Source: an uncultured Planctomycetaceae bacterium
GTDB taxonomy: Bacteria; Planctomycetota; Planctomycetia; Planctomycetales; Planctomycetaceae
Direction of reading: 5' to 3'
Assembly (NCBI GenBank): GCA_963815195.1
Contig: CAWFGE010000012.1
Span: forward strand, 480,001-544,000
DNA: 64,000 bases
The notes under the pieces: generated by a model
Databases searched by the model: none
The model's input: only the letters and a program-made list of their open reading frames with translations
What the model was told of the DNA's origin: nothing
Program-made: the position numbers and the translations under genes
Shown here: positions 31,137-42,394 of the stretch, in pieces
Layout of the letters: every line of letters begins with the position of its first letter
Numbering within the stretch: position 1 is the stretch's first letter

Positions 31137-32381
31137 ACGCCACCGGAAGACTCTCCAGTCCCCGGAGCACCAGCCCTCGACGCCAGCGAAGCGCCTCGGG
31201 AGCGACGGCCAGTTTCCAATCCGCCGTCCCGTCAAGCAAAGTGCGAATCGCAATTTGGCCCTCCAACCGAGCCAAAGCCGCCCCCAGGCAAAAGTGAACA
31301 CCCACTCCGAAGGACACGTGTCGGTTCGGATCGCGGCAAATATCCACCTGACGGGCATTCGAGAATTGCGCTTCGTCCCGGTTGGCCGAGGCAATCGCGG
31401 CGAACACAAGCGAGCCTTGCGGAATGGTCACGCCCGCGATCGGCACATCTTCGCGAGTAAACCGTTCGGTGGCGGTCTCCAAGGGACTTGCAAACCGCAA
31501 GAGTTCCTCGACCGCCGATGCCGTCAGCGACGGGTCGTTTTGGAGTTTTTCCAGTTGCTCGGGATGCTCCAGGAGAGCGAGCATCCCGTTGCCGATGAGA
31601 TTGACGGTCGTTTCATGCCCGGCCACCAGGAGCAGGAAGATCATCGCGACCAGCTCATCTTCGCTCATGCAGTCGCCGGCTTCCTCCGCCTGGACGAGCG
31701 CCGAGATCAGATCGTCTTTCGAGGAACTTCGCCGCGACTTGACCAGCCTCCGGATGTACTTGAGGAATCTCCACACGGCGGGAAGGCCTTTCATCGCATC
31801 CCAGGCGGACCAGTTGAGTGATATGATCCGGCTGGACCAGCGGTGAAACTTGTGCCGATCGGCGGCGGGCACGCCCAGCATCTCGGCAATCACCGTGGTC
31901 GGGAGCGGAAGCGCGAAATCCCCAATGAGATCTTTCTGTTTCTCTTTCGCCATCGAGACGCGGAGTTCCCGGGCGAGCGATTGAATCCTGTCGCGCATCC
32001 CCTCCACTCGCCGGGGCGTAAACGCCAATTGGACCAAAGACCGCAGCCGGGTATGATCCGGGGGATCCAAATCGAGCATGTTTCTGAGCAGCGGCTTGAA
32101 CACGGCGGGCATCCACGGCTGTTTTCGCATCTGCTCATCGGAGAGCGCCTGGAAGCGATCCTTTGCGAACCGCTCATCTTTGAGGACGGTCACGACGTCG
32201 TCATAACGCGTCACCAGCCAAGCCGTCTGCTTTTTGGAGAGGGCGACCTCGCAAACGGGCGACTCGGCCGCAGCCGGTCATAAAACGGAAAAGGATCCGC
32301 CTTGTGAAGGGGACTGGCAATGTCCACCGACAACGGTGCGGATCCGGTCTGCGGGCGTTGGGCCGGGATACGAAGCGCCAA
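31123..32381 (-). CDS. Cytochrome P450 (CYP107-like; frameshift near 32265)
   Basis: DPFPFYDRLR, DPPDHTRLR, AGHETT, EELLR, heme motif FGVGVHFCLG. TTG start preceded by GGGAGG. Confidence 0.92.
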
Positions 32382-32423
32382 GCGGAAGCCTCCCTATTTC
32401 TGCCGGTCGTTGTGGAAAACGCT

Positions 32424-32879
32424 TCACTCCTCCGCCTTTTTGAAGCCGGCTTTGAGGAGTTGTTGGTAGCCGGATTTTAAGGGGCGGATGTCGAAGCCGT
32501 CCTTCCTTAAGAGATCCGCGGCGACGCGGCAGCGGCCGCCGGACTTGCAGTGGAAGTACAGAATCTTGTCCTTGGGCAGCTTCTTCTTGACGGCGGGGGC
32601 TTCCTTCTTGTCGGCGAGCTTGGTGAGCGGGGCAAACAGCGCGTCCTCGATGTGGCCGGCTTCCCATTCCTCGAGTTCGCGGACATCCACGAGCACGGCT
32701 TTGTCGTCTTCGATCCGCTGCTTCACGGTCTCCAGTGAATCCTTCGTATGCTCCGCCGCGTCCACGCCGGCCCACCCGAACAAAAACACCCGCGCCGCGG
32801 CCACGGTCAACACCAGCACGTGCTTCATTTTCAGTTTAATCATCATCGGCATCGCCCCTTTAAAAAATGGAGTTTTCAA
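32424..32879 (-). CDS. Exported rhodanese-like domain protein
   Basis: LVDVRELEEWEAGHI, HCKSGGR. Confidence 0.85.
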   Translation of the reverse strand: MKTPFFKGAMPMMIKLKMKHVLVLTVAAARVFLFGWAGVDAAEHTKDSLETVKQRIEDDKAVLVDVRELEEWEAGHIEDALFAPLTKLADKKEAPAVKKKLPKDKILYFHCKSGGRCRVAADLLRKDGFDIRPLKSGYQQLLKAGFKKAEE

Positions 32880-32932
32880 TCACTTCGACCACAAATGGGG
32901 CCGAACACGAGTTGGTCAGACTTTGTCAATCG

Positions 32933-34329
32933 TTATTTCGACGTGGCCTCGGTGATGATCCTTTTCATCTCCGCGGCGATCTCCGGATGTTTGCCGGCGA
33001 TGTTGTGTTGCTCGCCGATGTCTGTGTCGAGATCATAAAGTTCCAGGGGTTTGTTTTTGCCGGGGACGACGGCTTTCCAGTGGTTTTTGCGGACGGCTTT
33101 CTTGTCGCCATAGCTCCAGAACAGATATTCGTGCCGCGGCTGCGGTTGCCCCAGGAGCGTGGGGACGAAGGAGAGGCCGTCGATGTCCGTTGGTGGTTTG
33201 ACGCCCGCGAGTTCGCAGGCGGTGGGCAGCCAATCGTAAGCGGCGAGCGGCTCGTCGCTGGTGCGGCCGGGCTGGATTTTTCCGGGCCACCATGCGATTG
33301 TCGGGTGCGGATGCCGCCTTCGTAGAGGTCCCGCTTGAAGCCGCGAAGGGGGCCGTTGGCGTCGAAGTATTCGTGCTTGTGGCCGCCTTCGTTGTGCGGG
33401 CCGTTGTCACTCGTGAAGAAGACCAGCGTGTTCTGATCGATCTTCAGTTCGCGGAGCAAGGCGATCAAGCGGCCGACGTCCTTGTCCATGCGGGTGATCA
33501 TCGCGGCCTGGCCTTTCTCGACGTCCGGCCAGTCGCGGTCCGCATAAATGCCGTAGTCGGGAACTTCCATCCCGTTCTTGACCGCCCGGCCGCCTTCGTT
33601 GTTGGCGTGCGGGATCGTCCAATGCACGTGCATCAAAAACGGCCCTGCCTGATGCTCGCGGATGAACTCGAGCATCTGGTCGGTCATCACATCGTGGGAA
33701 TACGTGACCCGCTTGGACGAGACGCGCCCGCGGCCATTAGGATCATCGCCGATGACGTTGCCTTTGAGCGGGAACTTTTCGCCGTTCCGCCAGAGATGGG
33801 TGGGGTAATAGTTGTGGGCTTCGCTCTGATCGAGGTAGCCCATCCAGAAATCGAAGCCATTCTTGGCGGGTTGGCCCGTGCTGCCGGGGCCGCCCATCGC
33901 CCACTTGCCGACGCCTCCGGTCGCGTAGCCGGCTTTCTTGAGAAGTTCCGCGACCGTGACATCCGCGGGCTTGAATACATAGTTCGCGTTGGAATCGATC
34001 GGCGTATGCCCGCTGTGCTTGCCGGTCCAAAGCACAAGCCGCGACGGCCGGCACACGGTGTCGCCCGCGTAATAGCTGGTGAGCTTCAGCCCCTCGGCGG
34101 CGAGCTTGTCGAGGCTCGGCGTCTGGATGACTTTCTGCCCGAAACAGCCCAAATCGCCATAGCCCAAGTCGTCCGCCATGATGTAAATCAGATTGGGCTT
34201 CCCATCGGATTCGGCGATCGCGGTTGGCGCATCCACGGCTTGGGAAACGCACGCGATCATCGCCGTCAAGCACAGTGTGGCGGTTCTGCATCGAAAACAA
34301 CGCGGGCAACCCGCAAGGAATGGAAACAT
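32933..34329 (-). CDS. Arylsulfatase (FGly-dependent; frameshift near 33300)
   Basis: KPNLIYIMADDLG, CRPSR, GKW, SDNG, LYEGGIR. The C-terminus ELYDL..DIGEQHN is in another frame. Confidence 0.92.
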
Positions 34330-34519
34330 GTTGCTCCCCTCTCATTGGTGGAAAGGAACCGGCCGCGGTTCCGCTTCCATTGTGCTGGGCATTCGGCTCG
34401 TCGTCAATTGCCCGCCCCGCATGGTCAATCGTTTGGCTTTCTGGATGCGACCGCGTAAAGTATTGGGAATACCTGCCAACGAATACACCTGAGAACCTTC
34501 GAATCAGAAAGTCCGATTG

Positions 34520-35803
34520 ATGAGCAGTGAAGCCAAGTCGCGACCGGCCCTCCGCGCGGGAATGGTCGGGATGGGAATGATCTTCGACGAGACCTACCGC
34601 CCGTTTTTCGAGCGGGCTCACGCCGAGGGGCTTTACAGCCGGTCTATCGGCGATGTCGATGTGCCACTCGCGGCCGTCGCGTCTCGCACCGGCAAACGGG
34701 CCGAGGCGTATCGGAAATCGGCGGGCGATAAAATCGCGGCCTTTGAAAGTTTCGCAGGCGAGGATTCCGTCGATCAAATGTTCAAAGACGACCTGAGCTT
34801 CGCCTGCGTTGCGACGCCCGACGATCGGCACTTCGAAGCCTCGAAAAAAGTCCTCGCCGCCGGGGCGCATCTTCTCGTGGAAAAGCCTTCGGTGCTCTCC
34901 CTGTCCGAACTCGATGAACTGGTCGCGCTGGCGAAGTCCAAAAACGTGCTGGCGAAGGTCGTGTATCACAAGCTGCTCGATCCCGACCACAAGAAGCTCA
35001 GGACCTTCGTCGCGGACGGCGTTTTGAGACACGTCAACAACGGCTACTGCACGCTCTTGGAGCCCAAGCAAATCTCCGGCAGCCAGTTTTCCGAGTGGAT
35101 CACCGGTCGAAACCCCGGCACCTACGTCGCGGTGCATTACATCAAGCTGATCGACTTCACCTTCGGCGGGAAACTCAAAACCGTCACCGCCACCGGGCAA
35201 CGCGGTCTGGTCGGTCCCGCGGACGGCCCCACCTGGGACAGTTGCCAGATGCGGATGATCTACGAATACGACGGCGGCCGGGAGGCGGCGTTCGATATTC
35301 ACACGTCCTGGGTCACGCCGGACAATTTTCCGGGCTACGTCGAGCAGGAAGTGCAGTTCCGCTTCGACAACGGCCTCTGGAACGGCCACAGCCGGAAGCG
35401 GGGCGTGGAGTGCACCGTCGAAGGCAAAACGCCGTTCGAGATCAAAAACTCGATCAACAACCACTACAACGCCCCCGTCCTGGAACCGTGGGGCCAAAGG
35501 TCCCAGCGAGGCTACGGCGTGGAAGTCATCGAACGCTTTGCCCGAGAAGTGGCCGAGGTCGAATTCGGCGGCCCGCCATCCGAACGAACGCAGCGGCTGA
35601 AGCAAGCCCAGGAATTGACCTACAACGACCTCGCGGCGGACCGGCAAGTCGTCGCCGCGGTCCAGGCCCTTGAGGCGATTTTGGATCAGCACGCGAAAGG
35701 CAATCCCGATTGCGTGGTGCGGGTCAACGATCACAGCGGCGGGCTGGCGCTGTATCGGCCCGGCTCCGCGGAACCTGTGGTGCTTTACGAAGGCCGGGTC
35801 TGA
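34520..35803 (+). CDS. Gfo/Idh/MocA family oxidoreductase
   Basis: GMVGMGMI, VATPDDRH, LVEKP. Confidence 0.85.
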   Translation: MSSEAKSRPALRAGMVGMGMIFDETYRPFFERAHAEGLYSRSIGDVDVPLAAVASRTGKRAEAYRKSAGDKIAAFESFAGEDSVDQMFKDDLSFACVATPDDRHFEASKKVLAAGAHLLVEKPSVLSLSELDELVALAKSKNVLAKVVYHKLLDPDHKKLRTFVADGVLRHVNNGYCTLLEPKQISGSQFSEWITGRNPGTYVAVHYIKLIDFTFGGKLKTVTATGQRGLVGPADGPTWDSCQMRMIYEYDGGREAAFDIHTSWVTPDNFPGYVEQEVQFRFDNGLWNGHSRKRGVECTVEGKTPFEIKNSINNHYNAPVLEPWGQRSQRGYGVEVIERFAREVAEVEFGGPPSERTQRLKQAQELTYNDLAADRQVVAAVQALEAILDQHAKGNPDCVVRVNDHSGGLALYRPGSAEPVVLYEGRV

Positions 35804-35852
35804 TGGAAATGGCGAACAATCGAAGCTGTGCGGACCATTCCTTGTCTCATAT

Positions 35853-37181
35853 TTAGAGCCTATTCGTTCTCAGCAAATTCTGACAGGCAGGCGAAAAGCT
35901 TCGCGGAGCGTGGGCCATCAACAACCGGGCGGCGTCCGCCTGTTCGTGGAGAATCGCAATCTCCAAGGGGGTTCGCAAATCCGCGTCCCGGAGTTCTGCA
36001 TCCGCCCCGGCGTTCAATAGCAGTTCGATAATCTCCGCCTTTCCGAAGCGGGCCGCGACATGGAGCGGCGTTTGCCCGACGTCATGCGGATCGGACGAAT
36101 TGACATCCAAACCCCAGTGGAGAGCGGTCTGGATTTGCTCCCGGTCTCCCGCAGCCACGGCAGCTATCAGCACGCCGGCCCCGCCGTCGCAAAACAACGC
36201 GGACCGGTGGTCGTTTGTCGAACCTTCTCCGAGTTCGTCCTCATCCTCGAATAAGACGTGTTCTGCATCCTCATCCGACGTCGCTAGGGGTCTGGCCGCT
36301 TCCATCTGTTGATCGAGATGGACGGTGCGGTCATCGTTAATCGCTGGGACGTGGGGAAATGGAAAAGAGACGACCGTCTTTGACGGGGCGGGAAAAACAG
36401 CCTCGGCGGGCGTGTCCGAAATCGCGGTGTCTGGGGACGCCGCTTCCCAACGCTCTTCCCAGCGCTGCCGGAGTCGCTCAAATTCGGCCCGTTCGCGGCG
36501 GAAGCGGTTCCACTCCTGCTCCATAAGGTTCTCCCGCTCGGTGAGCCGGGCTCGCTGCGATGCCAACTCGGCCCGCAACGCATTTAACTCGGCCCGCTCC
36601 CGGGCAAGTTTGACGGGATGGAAACCATCCTCTTGCCGCCGTTCCGCGATCCGGTCGCGGGCATCGCTGCAGCGGTCGCTGATGAACTCCACCAACTGCT
36701 GCAGATCAAATTGGCGGGCGTGGATCACGCGCTTCTTCAAAGCCGACAACAGCGTCCGCGCGACGCGTTCGTAGGCGGACAATGGGGCTGGGTTTTGAAT
36801 CCGAATGGAAACGCTCTCGCAGATTGCCAATCCGCTCCAGCGGGTCGGTTGATGCCGGCCGCCAAACGGCTGGGGGCTTCGGGAATGGTGCTCCAGAAAT
36901 CGTCCTGCTTCGGAGAGGGAGAGACGGGCGAAGGCGGCATAACCCGGTTGCCCGCTCCGGGCAAAGGTGTCGGCCGCGGCTTGAAAGAACGGCAGCGCGA
37001 AGCGGGCAAAACTGGGTTCCAAAGGCTTCCATCGGCCGGCGAGGACGATTTCCGTCATCCGCAGCCAATCATCAAACAGCGACAGGGCCATCTCCGACGA
37101 TTCACCCGGCAACGGGCCGGCCAGAGTCTCCCGCAACTCCGCAAGTTGTTCCTTCAACACGTCCCAGAGCGATGCAGTCAT
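35853..37181 (-). CDS. Coiled-coil plus C-terminal ankyrin-repeat protein
   Basis: GQTPLHVAARFGKAEIIELLLNAGAD, RTPLEIA and a central coiled coil. Confidence 0.7.
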   Translation of the reverse strand: MTASLWDVLKEQLAELRETLAGPLPGESSEMALSLFDDWLRMTEIVLAGRWKPLEPSFARFALPFFQAAADTFARSGQPGYAAFARLSLSEAGRFLEHHSRSPQPFGGRHQPTRWSGLAICESVSIRIQNPAPLSAYERVARTLLSALKKRVIHARQFDLQQLVEFISDRCSDARDRIAERRQEDGFHPVKLARERAELNALRAELASQRARLTERENLMEQEWNRFRRERAEFERLRQRWEERWEAASPDTAISDTPAEAVFPAPSKTVVSFPFPHVPAINDDRTVHLDQQMEAARPLATSDEDAEHVLFEDEDELGEGSTNDHRSALFCDGGAGVLIAAVAAGDREQIQTALHWGLDVNSSDPHDVGQTPLHVAARFGKAEIIELLLNAGADAELRDADLRTPLEIAILHEQADAARLLMAHAPRSFSPACQNLLRTNRL

Positions 37182-37452
37182 CCTGACGATTCCTTGCGTG
37201 GCGGGAAGTCCGCGATCTCGTTGTCCGTTGGAAGGCAGCCCGCGGCGAGCTGGGATTTTAAAACCTCGCAACGTTCCCAAACCGCGATGGTGAGATTTTA
37301 GGGAGGTTCGCCGTTTTGGGCGAATCCAGTTTAGCAGGGCATGCCGGCGATGCAAGCCGTCCGCCGATTGGACGCGGCGCTATTTTGAACACCAAGGCGG
37401 AGCGAGAGCGGGCTCGTTCGGCCGCGTGGTCGGCGACATGGAGAGCGAGGTT

Positions 37453-38043
37453 TTAAGACTGCACTTTTTTAGCGCGGAGACGTTCGCGGGCCCGGCTGAG
37501 CGTGGGGCCGATCGAGTTTTCGGGAATGCCCAGCATCGCGCTGATCTCGTGGTACGACCGGCCTTCCAGGTGGAACAGGCGGACGACCTCGGCATCGGTG
37601 GGCGGCAAATCCTTGAGCATCTCGCGGATTTCCTCTTCGTCGTCGATGCGGTTTTGCGGGCCCCGCGCCTGGCGGCCCGTTGACTTCAAATGATCCATCG
37701 AAGCGCGGTGCACCGTAACGTGCCCCAAGGCTTCCGCTTTCCGGCGGCGGGTGATTTCGCGGACGGCAATCCGGCGGGTCACGACGGTCAAATACCACGC
37801 CAGCGAGCTCTTCTGGCGGAATTTCCGCAGAACCTGGGCTTTGTTCTCAAGGAGCCTCAAGAAAATCTCGGCGAGCAGGTCGTCCTCGTCTTCGGGCGTC
37901 AGCGGGACGCTCCGCGCGTGCGCCGTGTGCCGGATGACGTGCACAAACAAGCCGGAGAACCGGTCCACGAAATCCTTCCAGCTTCCCGGTTCATCCGCCA
38001 GGCAGCGTCTCAGGAGTTTGCGATCAACTTCGGTGAGAGCCAC
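37453..38043 (-). CDS. ECF sigma-70 factor
   Basis: WKDFVDRF, DDLLAEIF, region 4 SYHEISAMLGIPENSIGPTLSRAR. Confidence 0.88.
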   Translation of the reverse strand: MALTEVDRKLLRRCLADEPGSWKDFVDRFSGLFVHVIRHTAHARSVPLTPEDEDDLLAEIFLRLLENKAQVLRKFRQKSSLAWYLTVVTRRIAVREITRRRKAEALGHVTVHRASMDHLKSTGRQARGPQNRIDDEEEIREMLKDLPPTDAEVVRLFHLEGRSYHEISAMLGIPENSIGPTLSRARERLRAKKVQS

Positions 38044-38588
38044 GAATGAACCTTTCGGTGGGATGCCAAGACAAGCATGGCATCAGAGTTTCAAAACCGC
38101 ACCACGCTGGTGGGAAAAATCCGCTCCATGACTATCGAACCCGCACAAATGGGGATATGTCTCGAATTTTTGGTCCAGAGGGGAAATTCATCGAGTGCAT
38201 CCTGGATATTTCCCGGGAAAACCCGCATGGGCACCCTTTCCCCATAAAATCCTTCCAGTATTAAATGTACTGGGGTGAGATGTTTGAGGCAAGACGGCTC
38301 TTGGGGAAACCGGGCATCTTGGGCCGAAGAAAGTACAAAACCCCTCATTTTTCAGGGTTTTTCAGTTTGCCTTCCTCCGGGGAAATCTCAGAAACGGACA
38401 CTTGACACTCCCGAAACCCCCCACTAAGATTCGTCAAGATTTAATTCTCGCAAGACGATTGAATATCGGAAGTTAGTGAATTTCGCGTCTCGAGTTCGAT
38501 TTTCATTTCTCGGCCTCCCAGTCGAACCAGTCTCTTCGGCAGACGCAAAGCTCCGAGAGACGACAACACCATTGGAAAGGGACCCCTC

Positions 38589-38889
38589 ATGACCCACGTT
38601 GTCGCCGAACCCTGTTTCAACTGCAAGTACACCGATTGCGTTGTTGTCTGCCCCGTCGAGTGCTTCTACGAAGGCGAATCGATGTTGTACATCCATCCGG
38701 ATGAATGCATCGACTGCGAAGCCTGCGTGCCCGAGTGCCCCGTCGAGGCGATCTTCCACGAAGACAACCTCCCGGATGATTGGACGGATTACACGGCCCT
38801 GAATGCCGAGTCTGTCTCCCCAATGCCCCGTCATCACCGAAAAGAAAGCCTCTCTCGCCGAAACCGGAGGCGAATGCCCCAACGCCTGA
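38589..38889 (+). CDS. fdxA: 7Fe ferredoxin (frameshift near 38810)
   Basis: [29 protein letters not shown]...[16 protein letters not shown]. The probable true C-terminus QCPVITEKK is in another frame. Confidence 0.9.
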
Positions 38890-38920
38890 CCGCTTTGGGA
38901 TTTACAAAAAGATACCACGC

Positions 38921-38952
38921 AAGGGTCGTTCTCACGAAGAGAACGACCCTTT
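38921..38952 (+). terminator. Rho-independent terminator-like hairpin
   Basis: AAGGGTCGTTCTC-ACGAA-GAGAACGACCCTT after the ferredoxin gene. Confidence 0.7.
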
Positions 38953-39361
38953 ATGCGTTTGGAAGCATCAACTTTTGCAGATCGGGCGACTTTGCAGGTT
39001 TGGGATTATGAATCAGAGAACGATCACAACAGCCCATGTGGAATGAAATCGACCAAAAGCATCTCGAGCGGCATGCGGACTATTCCGAATTGGAACCGGA
39101 TCCTTGCCTACCATCACGCGGGGTACAAACAGAAGTTCTTCTGGCCGCGCATGACGCCGATTCTGAATCGTCGGTAATTGGCGCCGGAGATCCGCAATAG
39201 GCCGACCGCTCCAACAAGACCGATTCTCATCGTTTCGGCGGGACATGCGCAGCCTTTCCGGGGGTTTTCGGGTCGTGTTACCCTGAAACTCATCGGGTAT
39301 TAAGCCGCTCCGCCGACCATCGGCATGTCGTAAGTCATTACCTCGGCGGTACTTATTAACG

Positions 39362-39405
39362 AGTGCCCCCACTTGGACTCGAACCAAGAACCTACTGATT
39401 AAGAG
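39362..39405 (-). repeat. att direct repeat (3' part of tRNA-Lys)
   Basis: 44 bp identical to 48480-48523: AGTGCCCCCACTTGGACTCGAACCAAGAACCTACTGATTAAGAG. Confidence 0.95.
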
Positions 39406-39869
39406 GCACAAATCGGCCAAAGCAATTCTTCCCGAAAACCGTTTTGGCAGAACCAACTTACAACGATTTGGGAGCGTTTGCAAACCCTCTCAAACCGTTT
39501 TAGCTCGATTTGAAGTAAGGCGGTACGGGGCCGAAGTTTGCGGCATCGGCCGCGCTTTTCCCGTTTCGCGTTTCCGGTAGTTTACCGGATTTCGGAAACA
39601 CGCATCAGGGGGCCGGAGGTTCGCGTGTGAAGCGAAGGGAATGGTTCTGGTGATGACCGGGCCGGGCTGCCGATGAAAGGCCCCACTGCGCGTGACGCAG
39701 ATGTTCTGCGTCGCCCCCGGCATTGCTGGTTGCGATGCCGGGGGTTCTTTCCCACGCGCAAAGAAAAACGCCCAACGGTGCGGTGTTCGTTGGGCGCGGG
39801 GGAGTGAGTTCGCCGGCCACGCGGCCGGCGCGATGAATCATAAGCCATCGGGCCGGCCTGGTCGCAAAC

Positions 39870-39907
39870 AAAAAACAGCCCGCGCAACATGCGCGGGCCG
39901 TTTGTTG
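39870..39907 (-). terminator. Terminator after the last element gene
   Basis: AAAAAACAGCCCGCGCAACATGCGCGGGCCGTTT, giving a hairpin and U-tract on the minus strand. Confidence 0.6.
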
Positions 39908-39939
39908 GAAAGATGATTTCGCGCGAAATCGGGCGGTGC

Positions 39940-40304
39940 TCAAACCGCGTTGGCGGCTTCGCGGATTTTGGCAGCGGTCGCTTTGCCGATGCCGGGAATC
40001 TTCGTGAAGGTCGGGATGGTCGCGGACTTCGCCGACGGTCACGAGGCCGTAAGTCTCTGAGCACCTTCTTCGTGCTGTCATCGAGGTCCAGCTCATCGAT
40101 CGACCGATCGTCGCCGGCGGCCGGCGGCGGGGCGGGCCTGGCGTTCGGCCGGGCCGGGGCGGGCTTCGCCGGCTTGGGAGCGGTTTTGACGGCGGCCTTC
40201 TCGCTGACAAACTGCTCGCCCAGTTCGTCGGGAACTTCCCCTTCAAAGCCCAAGGGGTAGTGATAGCCGGGCCCGCGGCGGGAACATCGGAATCGGAGAT
40301 ACAT
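39940..40304 (-). CDS. Small protein with Pro/Ala linker and RNAP alphaCTD-like HhH domain (frameshifted)
   Basis: Joined frames read SIDELDLDDSTKKVLRDYGLVTVGEVRDHPDLTKIPGIGKATAAKIREA. Confidence 0.6.
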
Positions 40305-40395
40305 CGGCGGTGATCCTCAAAAGGGGAAAACCCGGCGGCCACAAAGCCGCCGGGCGCGCACGTCGGCCCGGACCATCCGGGCCGATCACCGGCTC

Positions 40396-41817
40396 TTAGG
40401 GCGTCACGCCCGTTAGCTTCGTCATCCACGTCGGCCGCAACACGCCGATGTCGGCCCGCATGTAGGCCACGATCAATTTCTTGAGTTCCGAGGCGGCGTT
40501 GTGCGTCACGCCGGCGGAGTCGGTGACCGTCCCGCTTTCGAGCACGCGAATCGTGATCCTCTTCCGAAGTGCCGAACACAATTTGTGAGAAGTCCCCCAC
40601 GATCATTGTGGATTCGTTTCCCCCCCCCCGTCGGTGCTCGGCAGGCTGCTCGTGTGGAATTGCTTCAGCTTCTGAACCCACGGCGTCATCTGCATCGGGT
40701 TGTTGTTGGCGTCGAGCAGTTGATCGTAGGATTTCCCCGTCGCGAGGATGTTTGATCCACGCCAGGTTCGACACGTCGCCGGGATAGTTGGCGTGCGAGA
40801 ATGTCGCCCACGGCTTGCCCGACATTTCGGCGTAGTTGGTGGGCGTGCCCACGCGCGGCGATCTCGTTCACGTCGGGCGTGTTGATGATGCCTCTCGGCT
40901 CCGCAGCGGCTCCAAGGCCGAACAGCGCGGCCTGGTCGAGCATCAACCCCATCGCGGCCATGCAAAGCGTTACGGATCACCGCTTGGGCGTTCCTCGCAT
41001 CCTCCAGCCATTCGATGTTGACCGGGATCACGGCCGCGAGCGTGCGGGCCGTCAGAACGCAGCATCCCGAATTCCATGCTGGTCGCGGTGACCGGGTTTC
41101 CTGGGATGACGCCAATGGGCCGTCGGGTCTTGAAGTCAACTTCAGCAAATTCAAGTCTTCGTTCTGCATGTTGACCGTCATCGGCCCCGGCCCGCATCAC
41201 GACGGAAGCGGACCGGGCCAGGTCGATGATGCGTTGACCGTATTGCGGGGTGAGCAGATAGCCGTCTCCGCTGCCGGCTCCCATCGCCAGGATCTCGCTG
41301 CGGTTCGAGCATGTCGAAGCGGCCCGTCAGTTGGGCGTAGAGCAGCTTCCCGACGTCCAGGGGCTCATATTCGCCCATCGGCTCGTTGTGGGCGTAGGCG
41401 CGAACGTCGCGGCCTTCCTGGTCGCGAAACATCACGCGGCCGGGCTGGGTGCGGTTCCCGCCGGGAAGATCGGGGGAAGCGGCGGACCCGGCGATGGTGT
41501 TGGGGTCGATGCCGTAATTGACGAGGGAGCTGCTCGGGATCGCGGCGAGTGCTGCGGAGCATTGCTCAGCGTCGGCCATCTGCTCTTCAAATTCCAGCGT
41601 CTCTTCGGCCGTGAAGTCTGCGCTTCTCCGCCTTCGCTTTGCTGATGAGTGCGCGGGCATTCGCGAGAAACTCCCCTCGCTTCTCCGTCAATTGTCTGGC
41701 ATTCATTCCGGCGGTGACCACCACGCCCAGCATCGGGGCGAGAAGGCCGGCGGCGTCGGGCATCGACCAAATCGCAAAAATCAACACAACCAGAACCAGG
41801 CCGATCATTTTTTTCAT
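40396..41817 (-). CDS. HK97-fold major capsid protein (multiple frameshifts)
   Basis: Delta-domain-like MNARQLTEKRGEFLANARALISKAKAEKR/DFTAEE, then GDGYLLTPQYGQRIIDLAR, LDQAALFGLGAAAEPRGIIN, IVGDFSQIVFG and RADIGVLRP. Confidence 0.8.
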
Positions 41818-41886
41818 GGCTTCTGTCTCTTTTGAATTTTTCGAGGGGAGCGGTAAACGGAACGCGGGGACGGGAGCGGTAAAGGC

Positions 41887-42333
41887 TCAGTTGCATTCGG
41901 GGTTTGAGGCGGGGCAACTCTCTTCGGCCGAATCGTCGGCCGGGCAACCCGCGTCGATCCAGTCCCGAATCTGGGACCATGCCCACCGGGTCAGGCGATG
42001 GCCGCGAAGCACGGGGCGGGGCAAGCGGCCGTCCCGCTCCATCCTGTGAATCGTCGATCGATTGCATCCCAGCAGCCGGGCGAGCTGCTCCGGCGTCAAA
42101 AAGGGCAACTGCCCTGCCTGCTGCAGCAACCGGTCGGGATCGACGATCGGCATGTCGGCCGCGAGCCAATCGGCGATTTCTTCGCAGGACCATTGGGGGT
42201 CGGTACCGTCCACGTTGACGAGAACCGGCCCGGGCATCAGCCCGCAGAAAACGAGGCAGCGAATTTTCAGGGGGTGGACATCAAAGCTGGCCGCGAGTTG
42301 CTCCAGCGTGACAACGTGAATTTCGTCGGGCAT
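41887..42333 (-). CDS. AlpA-family regulator with two tandem HTH domains
   Basis: VTLEQLAASFDVHP...LMPGPV...W..EEIADWL and LTPEQLARLLGCNRSTIHRMERDGRLPRP...RW...IRDWIDAGCP. Confidence 0.8.
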   Translation of the reverse strand: MPDEIHVVTLEQLAASFDVHPLKIRCLVFCGLMPGPVLVNVDGTDPQWSCEEIADWLAADMPIVDPDRLLQQAGQLPFLTPEQLARLLGCNRSTIHRMERDGRLPRPVLRGHRLTRWAWSQIRDWIDAGCPADDSAEESCPASNPECN

Positions 42334-42394
42334 CGGGGGTTCCTCGTTGCTTTGGGTTGCGATGGCTCTCTATAAGGGCGCGCAATCCGGTAAG

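Noticed and set aside
33743..35734. Long antisense or alternative-frame ORFs (e.g. 663 aa here, also 10239-11669, 53560-55110, 56636-58087)
   Set aside because: These are shadow ORFs of well-supported genes in high-GC DNA and have no recognisable motifs.
38953..39360. Gene or older element end outside the left att
   Set aside because: Only short ORFs without recognisable motifs, so I cannot support a call.
39362..39405. Second tRNA-Lys gene
   Set aside because: Only the 3' 44 bp are present, with no D-arm or 5' acceptor strand. It is an att duplicate.
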